Of a stretch of DNA of 64,000 nt, positions 16,112 to 25,954 are shown piece by piece (positions within the stretch are counted from its first letter, which is position 1; each line of letters opens with the position of its first letter). This stretch comes from a virus, in the IMG/VR virus record IMGVR_UViG_3300043409_002246, positions 1 to 64,000 of that record, one strand, 5' to 3'. The notes under the pieces were generated by a model. That model saw only the letters and a list, made by a program, of their open reading frames with translations. It was not told where the DNA came from and searched no databases. The position numbers and the translations under genes are program-made.

Positions 16112-17985
16112 ACCGGGACGAACTCATTGAAGAGGTAGCCAAGTGCCTGCACTCCGACCAACGGTTGCAGGCGGGGAAGCTCGTCGCTACTTTTTCCGGC
16201 ATCAACCCGGACTCCGTTGACGATGACACCAAGGCTATCGAGTATTGCAACTCGCTGCTCTATTGGTGCCTGAACAATAACCGCTACCCGGACGCCGCCA
16301 AAATCCTATGGACGCCGAACTACTTCACCTTCGAGCCCCGGTCAACCAAGCTGATTTGGCAGACCATCCCCAAGTCGAACTCCCTGATGCTGATGGGGGC
16401 TGCGTCTATGTCGAAGTCCTACTCCGCCGGTGTGTGGCTGTTCCTCGACTGGCTGCGCGACCCGGAATTCACGTCTGTCAATGTGGTCGGACCTTCCGAG
16501 AATCACCTGAAAGACAATCTATTTACGCACTTGGTTACGCTGCACAACAACGCTTCGCTGCCGCTGCCGGGGTTGATTGGCGATCTGTTTATTGGCTTAG
16601 ACCCCCGCTCAAGAAAGGGCTCAATCATTGGCGTCGTGATTCCGCTCGGGAGCAGACCATCCGGGCGGTTGCAGGGCCGCAAGCGGGTGCCGCGTCGGGT
16701 GCCGCATCCGATCTTCGGCAAGCTGTCGCGGATTCGGTTCATGCTCGACGAAGTTGAGAAGATTCCGCTCGGTGTCTGGAAAGACGTGGACAACATTTTC
16801 GGTAACTTGGACGAAGACATAGACGGGTTCAAGATCATCTGCGCGTTCAACCCCGAGGACGCCGCCGGGCCCGTGGCTCAACGCTGCGAGCCGGGGAAGG
16901 GCTGGGAAAATTTCGACAAGGAGACTGATGAAGAGTGGATTTCTAAACGAAAATGGAACGTGCTCCGCCTCGACGCCGCGAAATGCGAAAATGTCCTGCA
17001 AGATAGGGTGCTCTACCCCGGGCTGCAAACGCGCGTCGGCTACGACCGGATTATTCAAAATTCTGGCGGGATGGACAGCCCGGGCGCGCAGACTATGGCG
17101 CGCGGATGTTTCCCCTCCCAAGGCGCGATCTATTCGGTGGTCCCGGCGTCGCTTGTATTGAGGATGCGCGGGGAGTTTCTGTTCGCGGAAGAGCCGATCA
17201 ACGTGGGCGCCGCCGACTTGGCGCTCGAAGGCCGCGATACCGCTGAGTTCGCCGCCGGACGGTTCGGTCGCGCGGTCGGCATCAAGTATCAACCCACCTT
17301 CGACAACCCGAACGGGCGCGAGGTCATGTTCAAGGACAAGCTCGGCGCGCGGCGCTTCCGCTGGGCGCTGCAAGTGGATCAGATTTTCTCGCTGCCCAAG
17401 GGCGACACGGTGAAAATGGCGGAGGCGGTGCGCGACGCCGCTGTCAAGCTGACGATCAAGCCGGGCAACCTGATGCTGGATCGCACGGGCAACGGCGCCG
17501 GGGTCCACGACTTTTTGAAGTCGCTTTGGTCGGAGGAAGTCCGGGGCGTCAACTACCAACAGTCGGCCACGGAGCGAAAGATTTTGGAGGAAGACACGGA
17601 GACGGCCAAGGAGCAATATGTTCGCGCGGTGTCCGAGCTTTGGTTCGCCCTCAAATCGTGGTCGGAGTTTGATTTTCTGAAGATTAAGCCAGTAGCACTA
17701 TCCGAGGAATTGGCACTTGAACTCGGCGGGCGTCGTTACGCCACCGGCAAGAACAACAAAGTCGAGAGCAAGGACGAATACGCCTCGCGCGGGAACAAGT
17801 CGCCAAACAAGGCGGACGCGCTGACGCTGCTACTCCACGGAGTTCGCATCGCCACGGGTTGCATACCATCTTCCAAAGATGACTTGGCAGGTATCACTGG
17901 GTCCTTGTCACGGGAAGCTGATGACGCGGTGCCGGTCTTTGAAAGCCGGGGAGAAGCCTTCGATTACTTGGACAACTATTTATGA
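16108..17985 (+). CDS. terL: Terminase large subunit
   Basis: Variant Walker A GAASMSKS, Walker B FMLDE, FNP coupling motif; nuclease motifs AADLA..GRD, LDRTG.G.G and KSPNKADAL; upstream of portal. Confidence 0.85.
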   Translation: MNRDELIEEVAKCLHSDQRLQAGKLVATFSGINPDSVDDDTKAIEYCNSLLYWCLNNNRYPDAAKILWTPNYFTFEPRSTKLIWQTIPKSNSLMLMGAASMSKSYSAGVWLFLDWLRDPEFTSVNVVGPSENHLKDNLFTHLVTLHNNASLPLPGLIGDLFIGLDPRSRKGSIIGVVIPLGSRPSGRLQGRKRVPRRVPHPIFGKLSRIRFMLDEVEKIPLGVWKDVDNIFGNLDEDIDGFKIICAFNPEDAAGPVAQRCEPGKGWENFDKETDEEWISKRKWNVLRLDAAKCENVLQDRVLYPGLQTRVGYDRIIQNSGGMDSPGAQTMARGCFPSQGAIYSVVPASLVLRMRGEFLFAEEPINVGAADLALEGRDTAEFAAGRFGRAVGIKYQPTFDNPNGREVMFKDKLGARRFRWALQVDQIFSLPKGDTVKMAEAVRDAAVKLTIKPGNLMLDRTGNGAGVHDFLKSLWSEEVRGVNYQQSATERKILEEDTETAKEQYVRAVSELWFALKSWSEFDFLKIKPVALSEELALELGGRRYATGKNNKVESKDEYASRGNKSPNKADALTLLLHGVRIATGCIPSSKDDLAGITGSLSREADDAVPVFESRGEAFDYLDNYL

Positions 17986-18557
17986 AAGAACAAACCAAAC
18001 TGAAAATCAAACCCGACTTGTATCCCCTGAGCGGATACAGTTACTCCGACCCGGACGGCGTGAAGCATCTGGCGAAAGATTTGCGCGGACTCGTCAAGTC
18101 GGTATCTGCCTACCGGGTCCGCGTGGGCCGACCGCTCGGCGATCCGGAGCAGGACATTCTGAAACAGCTATGCGCGCGTCAGCCGAAGCTCTGCACCGAA
18201 TACGTGCCGGCGCACGACTCGGGCGCGCTCACCCGCGTCGTCGCCTCGAACGCAGCGTTCGTTTTCAGCCAGAAGACTTTTGAGAAGGTGACGGCGGCGG
18301 AGGCGAGCCTGCGCGCGGAGACTTGTTTGCGGTGCCGGTCGAACGTAAGCTGGGGCGCCGATTGTCCGCCCTGCCTGAAGAACGCCGACGACATGATCTC
18401 GAAGATGCTGGAAAAGCTGCCCAAGAACAAGGCGCTGAAGAACCGGGCCTGCCTGCACGCGCTCGACGATTTGCAACTCGCGGTCTGGAAGACGGAGGGC
18501 AAGCCGGTGTTGAACCCGCCCCCGGGCTCGAACTGCTGGCGGGAAATGCTGCCATGA
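17982..18557 (+). CDS. Cys-rich hypothetical protein
   Basis: RAETCLRC, CPPC, NCW. Confidence 0.65.
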   Translation: MKEQTKLKIKPDLYPLSGYSYSDPDGVKHLAKDLRGLVKSVSAYRVRVGRPLGDPEQDILKQLCARQPKLCTEYVPAHDSGALTRVVASNAAFVFSQKTFEKVTAAEASLRAETCLRCRSNVSWGADCPPCLKNADDMISKMLEKLPKNKALKNRACLHALDDLQLAVWKTEGKPVLNPPPGSNCWREMLP

Positions 18558-19261
18558 TTGATGTCGTATATGTCCTCGGCACGGGGAGCGCGCACGCCGA
18601 CGTGGAGCTTCTTCACTCCATGCGGAGTGTGAAGAAACACCTGCACAACGTCCGCGCCATCGTGGTCGTCGGCTCGATCCCGAGATGCGGTGATCTGCCC
18701 GGGCACGAGTTCATTCACTTGGAAGACCCGAGCAAGTGCAGCCAGTTCAACTCGATGCACAAGACGCTGACGGCGGCGCAGACGCCCGGCATCACGGATG
18801 AATTTCTGCTGATGAACGACGATTTTTTCTTCACTGCCGATACCGATGCGGAAACCTTTCCGCATTACTCGATGGGCGGCTTGGAGCCGCATATCAAGTG
18901 GCGCGAGGACCATCCCTCGGCCTACGGGCGCAGTCTGAAGGAAACTTTTCGCCAACTGAAGGAGCGCGGACAAACGCTGATTGACTTCGAGATTCATGCG
19001 CCGATTCGCTACACCAAGCGCGGTCTGCTGCGGACGGTGAGTGAATTTGATTGGAGCCCTGAGATAAAGCCGCTGCTGCGGTCCCTCTACGGCAACCTGC
19101 TGAAGGTGACTGAAGTCCGCAAGGGTGATTGCAAGATGGCGGAGCCGAACACGCGGGAGAACATCGAGCGCCGGCTGATTGGCCGCAACTATTTTTCAAT
19201 CGGCGATGGTGCGCTGGCCGGCGGCGATGTGCTGGCCTTCCTGAAGGAGAAATTTCCATGA
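18554..19261 (+). CDS. Stealth-family-like (sugar-1-phosphate transferase) protein
   Basis: IDVVY (CR1-like), ELLHSMRSV.KH, FLLMNDDFFF (CR2-like), HAP, SLYGN. Confidence 0.65.
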   Translation: MIDVVYVLGTGSAHADVELLHSMRSVKKHLHNVRAIVVVGSIPRCGDLPGHEFIHLEDPSKCSQFNSMHKTLTAAQTPGITDEFLLMNDDFFFTADTDAETFPHYSMGGLEPHIKWREDHPSAYGRSLKETFRQLKERGQTLIDFEIHAPIRYTKRGLLRTVSEFDWSPEIKPLLRSLYGNLLKVTEVRKGDCKMAEPNTRENIERRLIGRNYFSIGDGALAGGDVLAFLKEKFP

Positions 19262-19977
19262 TTGACGCCGTCTATGTTCTTGGACCGAGCAGCGTGCGCG
19301 GCGATTTGGAACTGGCCGCGTCCATGTGGAGTCTGGTGAAGCACGTCCGCAACGTCCGCAACATCGTAGTGTTCGGCGAAACGCCGCGCCCGCAGAAGTA
19401 TCCGAAATTCAAACTCCGCCCGGTGGAACCCTTCGGGCGCGACAAGCAACACCGGGTGCAGACGAACCTGCGCGCGGCGATGGCTTCCGACGAACTCACG
19501 GAGGAAATCCTGCTGATGAACGATGACCATTTCTTCGTCCGTGACGTGGACGCGACGAGCTATCCGTTCTACTCCGCCGGCCCGCTCGAACCACATGTCC
19601 GCTGGCGGATGGAGAACGACCGCTCGAACTATTCCTGCGCGCTCGAAGGCTCCTACCGGCAGTTGCTCAAGGCGGGGCTTCCGACCTTCGACTACGAGAC
19701 GCACTCGCCAATCCGCTACGAGCGGCAGAAGATGCGCGCGACCTTCGAGAAATTCAAATTCGATCTCCGGGTGCCGCCGGTCTTCAAGTCGCTCTACTCA
19801 AATCACCACGGGGTCACGCCGACGATCCAGCCCGGGTGCAAAATCAGCACAAACGTTTCCCCGGGCGAACTCGCGGCCATGCTGGGTGATCGCGACTGCT
19901 TTTCTATCGGTGACGACGCCCTGAACTACAACTGCACGACGATGCTGAATCTGCTGAAAGGTTACATACCATGTTGA
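19258..19977 (+). CDS. Stealth-family-like protein, paralogue
   Basis: IDAVY, ELAASMWSLVKH, ILLMNDDHFF, HSP, SLYSN. Confidence 0.65.
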   Translation: MIDAVYVLGPSSVRGDLELAASMWSLVKHVRNVRNIVVFGETPRPQKYPKFKLRPVEPFGRDKQHRVQTNLRAAMASDELTEEILLMNDDHFFVRDVDATSYPFYSAGPLEPHVRWRMENDRSNYSCALEGSYRQLLKAGLPTFDYETHSPIRYERQKMRATFEKFKFDLRVPPVFKSLYSNHHGVTPTIQPGCKISTNVSPGELAAMLGDRDCFSIGDDALNYNCTTMLNLLKGYIPC

Positions 19978-20231
19978 TCCCGAAATTCCATACCGTATTC
20001 CATGCCGTCCGCCGGATGGTGAAGGCCGTGCTGACTGGCAAGCGTTTGTTCGTAACTTGGGAAACCGGCCAGCGCCGGGCGCACACCTGTCGCACCCGCT
20101 GCGGCTACTACGACGGGCACAGCGATCAATGCAGCCGGTGCGCCTGTTTCGTGGGGGTGAAAGCGCAGTTTGCCACGGAGCGTTGCCCCTTCGGGCGATG
20201 GCACCGGGATTGGGTGAACACCCGGGAGTAG
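19971..20231 (+). CDS. Small Cys-rich Zn-binding protein
   Basis: R..TC..RC...CSRCACFV..K......CPFGRW. Confidence 0.65.
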   Translation: MLIPKFHTVFHAVRRMVKAVLTGKRLFVTWETGQRRAHTCRTRCGYYDGHSDQCSRCACFVGVKAQFATERCPFGRWHRDWVNTRE

Positions 20232-20238
20232 ATTCCAG

Positions 20239-20267
20239 TTGACAAAGCCGGTAAAAATACGCATTTA
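20239..20267 (+). promoter_or_regulatory. Promoter TTGACA-N17-CATTTA, leaderless (portal)
   Basis: GTG start 5 nt after the -10 box. Confidence 0.7.
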
Positions 20268-20272
20268 AGTGT

Positions 20273-22705
20273 GTGGACACAACTTTGATAAATTCTGAGA
20301 ATGAGCTTCAGGCGGACGCGCCGAACTCCCCCAATCTTGATACTTCCGGCAAGCAGCACACCCCCGCGTTGCTGAACATCGGGCAGGCGGTCGGTCTGGT
20401 GCGCTCCCTCGTGGCCGAGAACCGGGATCGCAGTTTGAAGAACGCGCGGATTCAGGAGAAGTATAACTCCGAGCGCCCGCAGGACCCGAACCGGCTGACT
20501 GCCGACGGCCTCGCGTGGAAGACCAATTTTTCTACCAAGCCCCTTGCTACCCTCATTGACAAGGTCGTCCCCCGCTTCACCACGGCTCTCCGGCAGATGC
20601 GCTATCTCACGGCGTCCAAGCTGCCGGATACAGAGCCGGGGGCCGCTGACAAGACGGAAGCCTTCCGGCGCACGATTACGGAAGCCTGCCGGGGTCACGA
20701 GGGCTGGGAGGAATTGATGTCGGAGATCGCGCAGGAAAACGCGTTGTTCGGCTACGTCGGCCTCGGCTGGCTCGATTCCTTCAGTTGGTTCCCCACTTTC
20801 TACCGTCAGGACATGTTCCTCGTGCCCAACGGCACCAAGCACACCGCAAACACGGCGCAAGTCGTGTGCCTGAAAAACTCGTATCTCCTGCATGAGATGT
20901 TTGAGTGGATCGCGAACCCCGAGGCGGCTAAGTCTGCCGGCGTTACGGTCGGCAACGTGATTCTTTCCCTGAACGACGCAACCCCGGAGGACCGCCGGAG
21001 CACGAGTCAGGACCCCGAGCGCATTTACGCGGACTTGGCCCGGGAGGGTTCAGTGATTACCTCCTTCCACGGCGCGAAAACCGTCGAGGTCTGGCACGTT
21101 CTGGTTGCCGAGGTTGACGGGCGGATCACGCACGTCGCTTTCGACGCCAAGAGCGACCTCCAACTCTTGTGGGTCCCCAAACAATTTGAGTCCATGTCGG
21201 ACGCGGTGACGTTTTTCTCCTTCCAACACGGCAACGGCAAGCTCCAAGGTAGCAAGGGCATTGGCCGGGAGCTTTACAACATGGCCACGGTGCTTGACCG
21301 GGCACGCAATGAGGCGGTTGACCGGCTGCAACTCAGCGGCAAGCTGGTGTTGACCTGCCCGGAGAACCAAATCAAACGCTTCCGCATGTCGGTCGTGGGC
21401 AACGCGATCCTGATTGCCGAGGGTTACACGGTCCAGCAGCAGCGGATTGACGGCGCCATTGAGCCGTTCGTTGCACTTGACCGATTCTTGACCGATTTGC
21501 TTGACCAAGTGGCCGGTTCGACGAGTCCGAAAGCCTTTGAGGGCGAGCGCGTTACGCGCGCGGCGGTCGAAGTGCAGACGAGCCGCGAGGAAGAGCGCCG
21601 GGACGCGATTATCGAACGCTTTTTGGGCCAGTTTTCGCGAATGATGAGCACTATTCAGCGCCGATTGTGCAATCCCGAGACGATTGACCGCACGGCGCTT
21701 GAAGTCCAGAAGAAATTGCTGTCAATTATGACTCCCGAGGAACTGGACTACCTCGCGAAGTCGCCCGCCGTCTCCACGGTGCGCGATTACACCGAAGGCG
21801 AGCGCGAACGGGTCATCATGGTGTCTGCGGAAGCGCGCGGGAACCCACTTTACAACCAACACGAGCTTGAAAAGCGCGCGTTGATCGCAAAAGTTGACGT
21901 GGCCTTCGCCGAAGCGGTTTTGCTCCCGGTAAACGACCCCACGGAGCAGGCCGAAAACGTGCGCCAACAGAAATTGGAGCTAATCATCATCAAAACCGGT
22001 GACGTGATTGACGTTTCGCCGCGCGACAGCCACATTGTCCATCTGCAAGTGCTCAAAGAAGCTGCCGGGCCGTATATTCAAGCCGCAGTTGACGATCCGG
22101 TCAACGTTCACGTCCTCGATGCCATCGCGCAACACGCAGCGGAGCACGTCAAGGCCGCTCAGACGTTGGGCCTCGGCAAACAGGTCGCAGAATTCGAGAA
22201 TTGGGTGAACCAACTCGTTCAAGGCATCCAAAAGCTCAACGAGCATGAAGCTCAGGTCCAGCAAGACATCGCCGCACAGGGCGGGCCGCAGGCGCAGGTT
22301 GACGAACAGGGTCAGCCGGTCGCTCCGCAGGCGCCGAAGCCTTCCAACAACGACAACGTGACGCTGAACTACAAGGACATGCCCCCGAGCATTCAACGCC
22401 AGATGGAAGCCGCCGCCGGATTCCAGCCCGCGACTGAAACGCCCGAGGAACTCGCGCGGATCAAACTTTTGTCGGTCCCGCCGGAAATTCCCGCGCCGGC
22501 ACCGCTGCCGCCTCCGCCGGAAGAGCCTGACTTGGTCGGCATGATGAAAGTCATCCCGTATCTGGACTCGCCCCCGAGCATTCAGCGCCAGATCGAAACT
22601 CGGCTGGGCTTCGTCCCGGCCACGAATGAAGAAGCCCTCGCCTCGGCCCGCGCGATGACGAAAGCGACGGCCCTGCCCAAACCGAAGACCCCCACACCAA
22701 AATGA
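20273..22705 (+). CDS. Portal protein
   Basis: 810 aa between TerL and scaffold; RVTRAAVEV (TATEV-like) motif; Q-rich C-terminal barrel as in podovirus portals. Confidence 0.75.
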   Translation: MDTTLINSENELQADAPNSPNLDTSGKQHTPALLNIGQAVGLVRSLVAENRDRSLKNARIQEKYNSERPQDPNRLTADGLAWKTNFSTKPLATLIDKVVPRFTTALRQMRYLTASKLPDTEPGAADKTEAFRRTITEACRGHEGWEELMSEIAQENALFGYVGLGWLDSFSWFPTFYRQDMFLVPNGTKHTANTAQVVCLKNSYLLHEMFEWIANPEAAKSAGVTVGNVILSLNDATPEDRRSTSQDPERIYADLAREGSVITSFHGAKTVEVWHVLVAEVDGRITHVAFDAKSDLQLLWVPKQFESMSDAVTFFSFQHGNGKLQGSKGIGRELYNMATVLDRARNEAVDRLQLSGKLVLTCPENQIKRFRMSVVGNAILIAEGYTVQQQRIDGAIEPFVALDRFLTDLLDQVAGSTSPKAFEGERVTRAAVEVQTSREEERRDAIIERFLGQFSRMMSTIQRRLCNPETIDRTALEVQKKLLSIMTPEELDYLAKSPAVSTVRDYTEGERERVIMVSAEARGNPLYNQHELEKRALIAKVDVAFAEAVLLPVNDPTEQAENVRQQKLELIIIKTGDVIDVSPRDSHIVHLQVLKEAAGPYIQAAVDDPVNVHVLDAIAQHAAEHVKAAQTLGLGKQVAEFENWVNQLVQGIQKLNEHEAQVQQDIAAQGGPQAQVDEQGQPVAPQAPKPSNNDNVTLNYKDMPPSIQRQMEAAAGFQPATETPEELARIKLLSVPPEIPAPAPLPPPPEEPDLVGMMKVIPYLDSPPSIQRQIETRLGFVPATNEEALASARAMTKATALPKPKTPTPK

Positions 22706-23022
22706 CAAACACGCCCCCTGTTTGGAATAGCGCCGCCGCCGGCTTGCTGAAGCAATTCATCGAGTCCGGGTGCGGCCAGTCCTTTTTGACCAACATGGTT
22801 GCGGCGCGTCCGGCGCTGCATACCCAAACGAACGACCTCAACAGCGTTGCCTTGCGCGCACAGCTTGTTGCCGGATATGAGCAAGCGTTGAGCCAGATCA
22901 TTTCACTCACGGAGCCCGTCGAGAAATTCGCTGAAGCTCCTGAACTGGAAAATTACCCGCCCTTGGATTTGCCGGATGGCGATCCTCGATGGGCGGGCGC
23001 CCCCAAACCCCCGACCCCCTGA
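22702..23022 (+). CDS. Small head-region hypothetical protein
   Basis: Sits between portal and scaffold; FIESGCGQSFL. Confidence 0.6.
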   Translation: MTNTPPVWNSAAAGLLKQFIESGCGQSFLTNMVAARPALHTQTNDLNSVALRAQLVAGYEQALSQIISLTEPVEKFAEAPELENYPPLDLPDGDPRWAGAPKPPTP

Positions 23023-23028
23023 AGAACT

Positions 23029-24378
23029 ATGGCAGACAACTCCGAATTCCACGCCAAAGGCGATGACGCAACCCTGAAGCCCGACGAAGCTAATGGAGCC
23101 GGCGCCGCGCTCGACTCCCTCTTTTCCGAAATTACGGAAACTCCGCCGGATGCGGCTGCTGCCGCTGCGAAGAAAAAGGCGGAGGACGAAGCTGCCGCCG
23201 CTGCCGCCGCGACGAAGGTTGCGGATACCGCGCCGACGATTGATGAAACCGTAGCGTCTGCTAAAGCGGACGAAGAAGCTAAGTTAGCATCTGCTAAAGC
23301 GGACGCTGACGCCAAAGCTGCTGCCGCTGCTGATCCGGCTGCTGCCGCCGCTGCCGCCGCTGCCGTTGACCCGCTCGACGCGGTTGAACTGCCGCCGCAC
23401 ACGAAGCCGAAGAGCGCCGAAGCTTTTGGCCGGCTGAAGCAACTCGCCAAGGAGAACGCCAAAATCCTCAAGGACAAGATCGCGGAGAACGACACGAAAC
23501 TCGCGGCGGTGCAGGCCGAACTCGACAAGGCCAAGGCCATCGTCCCCGGGTCACTGACGCCTGAACTCCAAGCGGAGATGGAAGACCTCCGGAAGTTCCG
23601 GCTCTCGATTGACGCGACGAGCGATCCGACGTTCAAAGAATTCGACTCGAAGATCGAAGCGAACGTGGCACAGATATACAAGAAACTTGAAGCTTCGGGA
23701 TTGAGCGCCGAAAGTGTCAAGGCCATCAAGGACCTCGGCGGGCCCGAACAGGTTGATTGGGAGCCGATTATGCCGAAGCTGCCCCTGACGACCCGCCGGC
23801 TGGTCGAGTCGCTGCTGGTGAGCAACGAAGGGCTGAAGGACTCCAAAGCCGAAGCTCTGGAAAAGGCCAAGGCCGACGCGCCGAAGTATGTCGCGGAACG
23901 CAGCGCCCGGGAAGCGGAAGAATTGACCAAGGTCGCGCAGGGCTACATCAAGAACCTGCCGTGGACCTCGGAGAAGGCGATTCCTGCCGGCGCCAAGCCG
24001 GAAGAAGTTGCGGCCATTGAAGAGAGCAACACTTTCGCTCGCGAATCGCTCGGCAAGCTGAAAGATTTTTTGGCGAACCGGTCGCTTCCGCACATTGCGG
24101 AACTCGCCGTCGGAACGCTGATTGCGTATCAGCAACGCCGGGAACTGAACGCCATCAAAGCCGCGCAGGCGGCGCTCAACGAGAAGCTGGTTGCCATCAC
24201 GGCGGAGCGCGACAAACTGGCGGCGGCTACGGCTGCGCGCAAGCTCGCGGAACTCCCGCGCGGGGGCGGAGCGGCTCAGGTAATCGCTCCCGTAGCCAAG
24301 GTCGGCTCCCTCGACGTGCGGAAAGCCGGTGAGGCGCTCGACGCGCTTTACGAGGAAATGAAGACGGCTCAGGGTTGA
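23029..24378 (+). CDS. Probable scaffolding protein
   Basis: Acidic/Ala-rich N-terminus, coiled coil, immediately before the MCP. Confidence 0.65.
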   Translation: MADNSEFHAKGDDATLKPDEANGAGAALDSLFSEITETPPDAAAAAAKKKAEDEAAAAAAATKVADTAPTIDETVASAKADEEAKLASAKADADAKAAAAADPAAAAAAAAAVDPLDAVELPPHTKPKSAEAFGRLKQLAKENAKILKDKIAENDTKLAAVQAELDKAKAIVPGSLTPELQAEMEDLRKFRLSIDATSDPTFKEFDSKIEANVAQIYKKLEASGLSAESVKAIKDLGGPEQVDWEPIMPKLPLTTRRLVESLLVSNEGLKDSKAEALEKAKADAPKYVAERSAREAEELTKVAQGYIKNLPWTSEKAIPAGAKPEEVAAIEESNTFARESLGKLKDFLANRSLPHIAELAVGTLIAYQQRRELNAIKAAQAALNEKLVAITAERDKLAAATAARKLAELPRGGGAAQVIAPVAKVGSLDVRKAGEALDALYEEMKTAQG

Positions 24379-24406
24379 TAAAACACACCCGTATTTTCAA
24401 CATCAC

Positions 24407-24434
24407 GGCCCCCAAGTCGGGGGCCTTTCTTTTT
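24407..24434 (+). terminator. Intrinsic terminator
   Basis: GGCCCCC-aagtc-GGGGGCC followed by TTTCTTTTT. Confidence 0.8.
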
Positions 24435-24438
24435 GCCG

Positions 24439-24467
24439 TTGACAAATGAGCCAGAATGACGCATCTT
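24439..24467 (+). promoter_or_regulatory. Promoter TTGACA-N17-CATCTT (capsid)
   Basis: Repeated motif. Confidence 0.75.
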
Positions 24468-24473
24468 AGTGTA

Positions 24474-24639
24474 GTAGGAACTAAAGCGACCCTGAACGTG
24501 TTCCGGTTCAGACGGGCCTTAAAGCGAACCCTCCTTGGCCGAGAGAGTTGAAGAAAAATTGGAGTTGCGCCTGTCGGCGCGATTCGTAGTTGAACAACTC
24601 GCTCGGTGGAATTACCACCAGCAACAACGGAGGATCATA
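24474..24639 (+). promoter_or_regulatory. Long structured 5' leader of the capsid gene
   Basis: Several stems followed by a GGAGG SD. Confidence 0.5.
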
Positions 24640-25863
24640 ATGGCCTATCAACTGGATACAACTCATATCAATGAGATTGCTGTCCGCGACTCAAACCGCC
24701 TCGTCGGCAGCGTTGCACGCTGTCTCGCGGCAAATTCACCTTACATTGGCGTTCTTAACGGGGGCGTGTTCGCTTCCGGTCAGGGCGACGTAGTTACGTC
24801 TGCTGTCGAAATGCAGGCGGCTCCGGGCGACTCGCTCGCGGTTCCCACTTTCGTCGCTTACCGCGACATTGCTGGCGACGTGGGCACTAAGGAGCGCACC
24901 GGCAAGGTGGACTTCACCTACCAGCTTCAATCCAAACGCGGCACCGGCCCCAAGGTCAGTGTCAAGGATGGCTTCGGCGCTTTCAAGTCCAGCTATGTGT
25001 CTGCGGAAGACGCGCTTCGCAAGCTGTTGACTCAATACATCAACGCGGACGTTCAGGCGCAGTTGTGGCTGAAGTCGGCGACCAAAGGGACGTGCGACTC
25101 CACCGGCACTCTGGCGGCTAACACCGTCGGCGGGTCCGAGACTGACATCAGCATTGACTGCACCAGCCTCGCTTTGCCCGACAGCCCGCTCTCGTTCAAG
25201 GCTCTCCATGCTTGGGCGCGGCATCTCAAAGAAGGTCTGTTCGGCGACATGTTCCCGGCTGAGAACAAAGTGCAACAGCACTTCCGTTTCATCGGTTCGA
25301 GCGACATCATCGAATCGTTTCGCGCTGAAGTCGGCGTTGAAAACGTTTTGCTCGCTTTGACGCAGGGTTCTTACAAGCTCGGCGAACAGGCTGTGACGGC
25401 TTACAGCTTTGAAACCAGTCCTGCGTATCGCGGCATTGGCTTCGGCATGACGCACCGCCCGTTGCGGTTCAACGTGATTGATTCGGGGACGAATCTCCCG
25501 ACTCTGTTGAACCCGGTAACGGTTGTGAACGATTCGAGCACCCTCACGGGCTACTCGATCCCGAACGCGACTTGGGTCAACGCGACCTACGAAATCGGTA
25601 TGCTTCTCGGCGAGGGCTCTTTTGAGCGCCAGACCCCGGAGCAATACACTGGCGAAGGCACCTTCAAGTATGCGCCGCAACTGCACGCGGGCGAACTCGA
25701 ATGGCACTACGTCAAGGACAGTGGCTCGAACATGTGGGGCGACTACGGCTGGCACAAATACCAGATCAGCCGCGCCTACAAGCCTCTGCGCCCGCAGCAC
25801 ATCATCCCGATTATCTACAAGCGCGCAGTTAGCGATCTTGGTCTGACTCCGGTCAGTTCATAA
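24640..25863 (+). CDS. Major capsid protein
   Basis: ~407 aa after the scaffold; dedicated promoter, strong SD, high-expression codon bias (GCT/GTT/ACT), downstream hairpins. Confidence 0.75.
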   Translation: MAYQLDTTHINEIAVRDSNRLVGSVARCLAANSPYIGVLNGGVFASGQGDVVTSAVEMQAAPGDSLAVPTFVAYRDIAGDVGTKERTGKVDFTYQLQSKRGTGPKVSVKDGFGAFKSSYVSAEDALRKLLTQYINADVQAQLWLKSATKGTCDSTGTLAANTVGGSETDISIDCTSLALPDSPLSFKALHAWARHLKEGLFGDMFPAENKVQQHFRFIGSSDIIESFRAEVGVENVLLALTQGSYKLGEQAVTAYSFETSPAYRGIGFGMTHRPLRFNVIDSGTNLPTLLNPVTVVNDSSTLTGYSIPNATWVNATYEIGMLLGEGSFERQTPEQYTGEGTFKYAPQLHAGELEWHYVKDSGSNMWGDYGWHKYQISRAYKPLRPQHIIPIIYKRAVSDLGLTPVSS

Positions 25864-25864
25864 T

Positions 25865-25939
25865 TTGGGTAGGGCCTCCAAGCCCGCCCAATAGGGGGCA
25901 GTAAACCGGGGCCGGTGGTTCGCAAGACTACCGGCCCCG
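25865..25939 (+). terminator. Twin hairpins after the MCP (terminator or RNA stabiliser)
   Basis: ttgggtagggc..gcccgcccaa and cggggccggtggt..actaccggccccg; weak U tail. Confidence 0.5.
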
Positions 25940-25954
25940 CGTCTTGAAAACAAT

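Noticed and set aside
24736-25800. 354-aa ORF antisense to the capsid gene, and similar long antisense ORFs (16621-17616, 22953-23930, 36407-37534, 61107-62111)
   Set aside because: Expected stop-poor reverse frames in GC-rich coding DNA; the opposite strand holds the recognisable genes.
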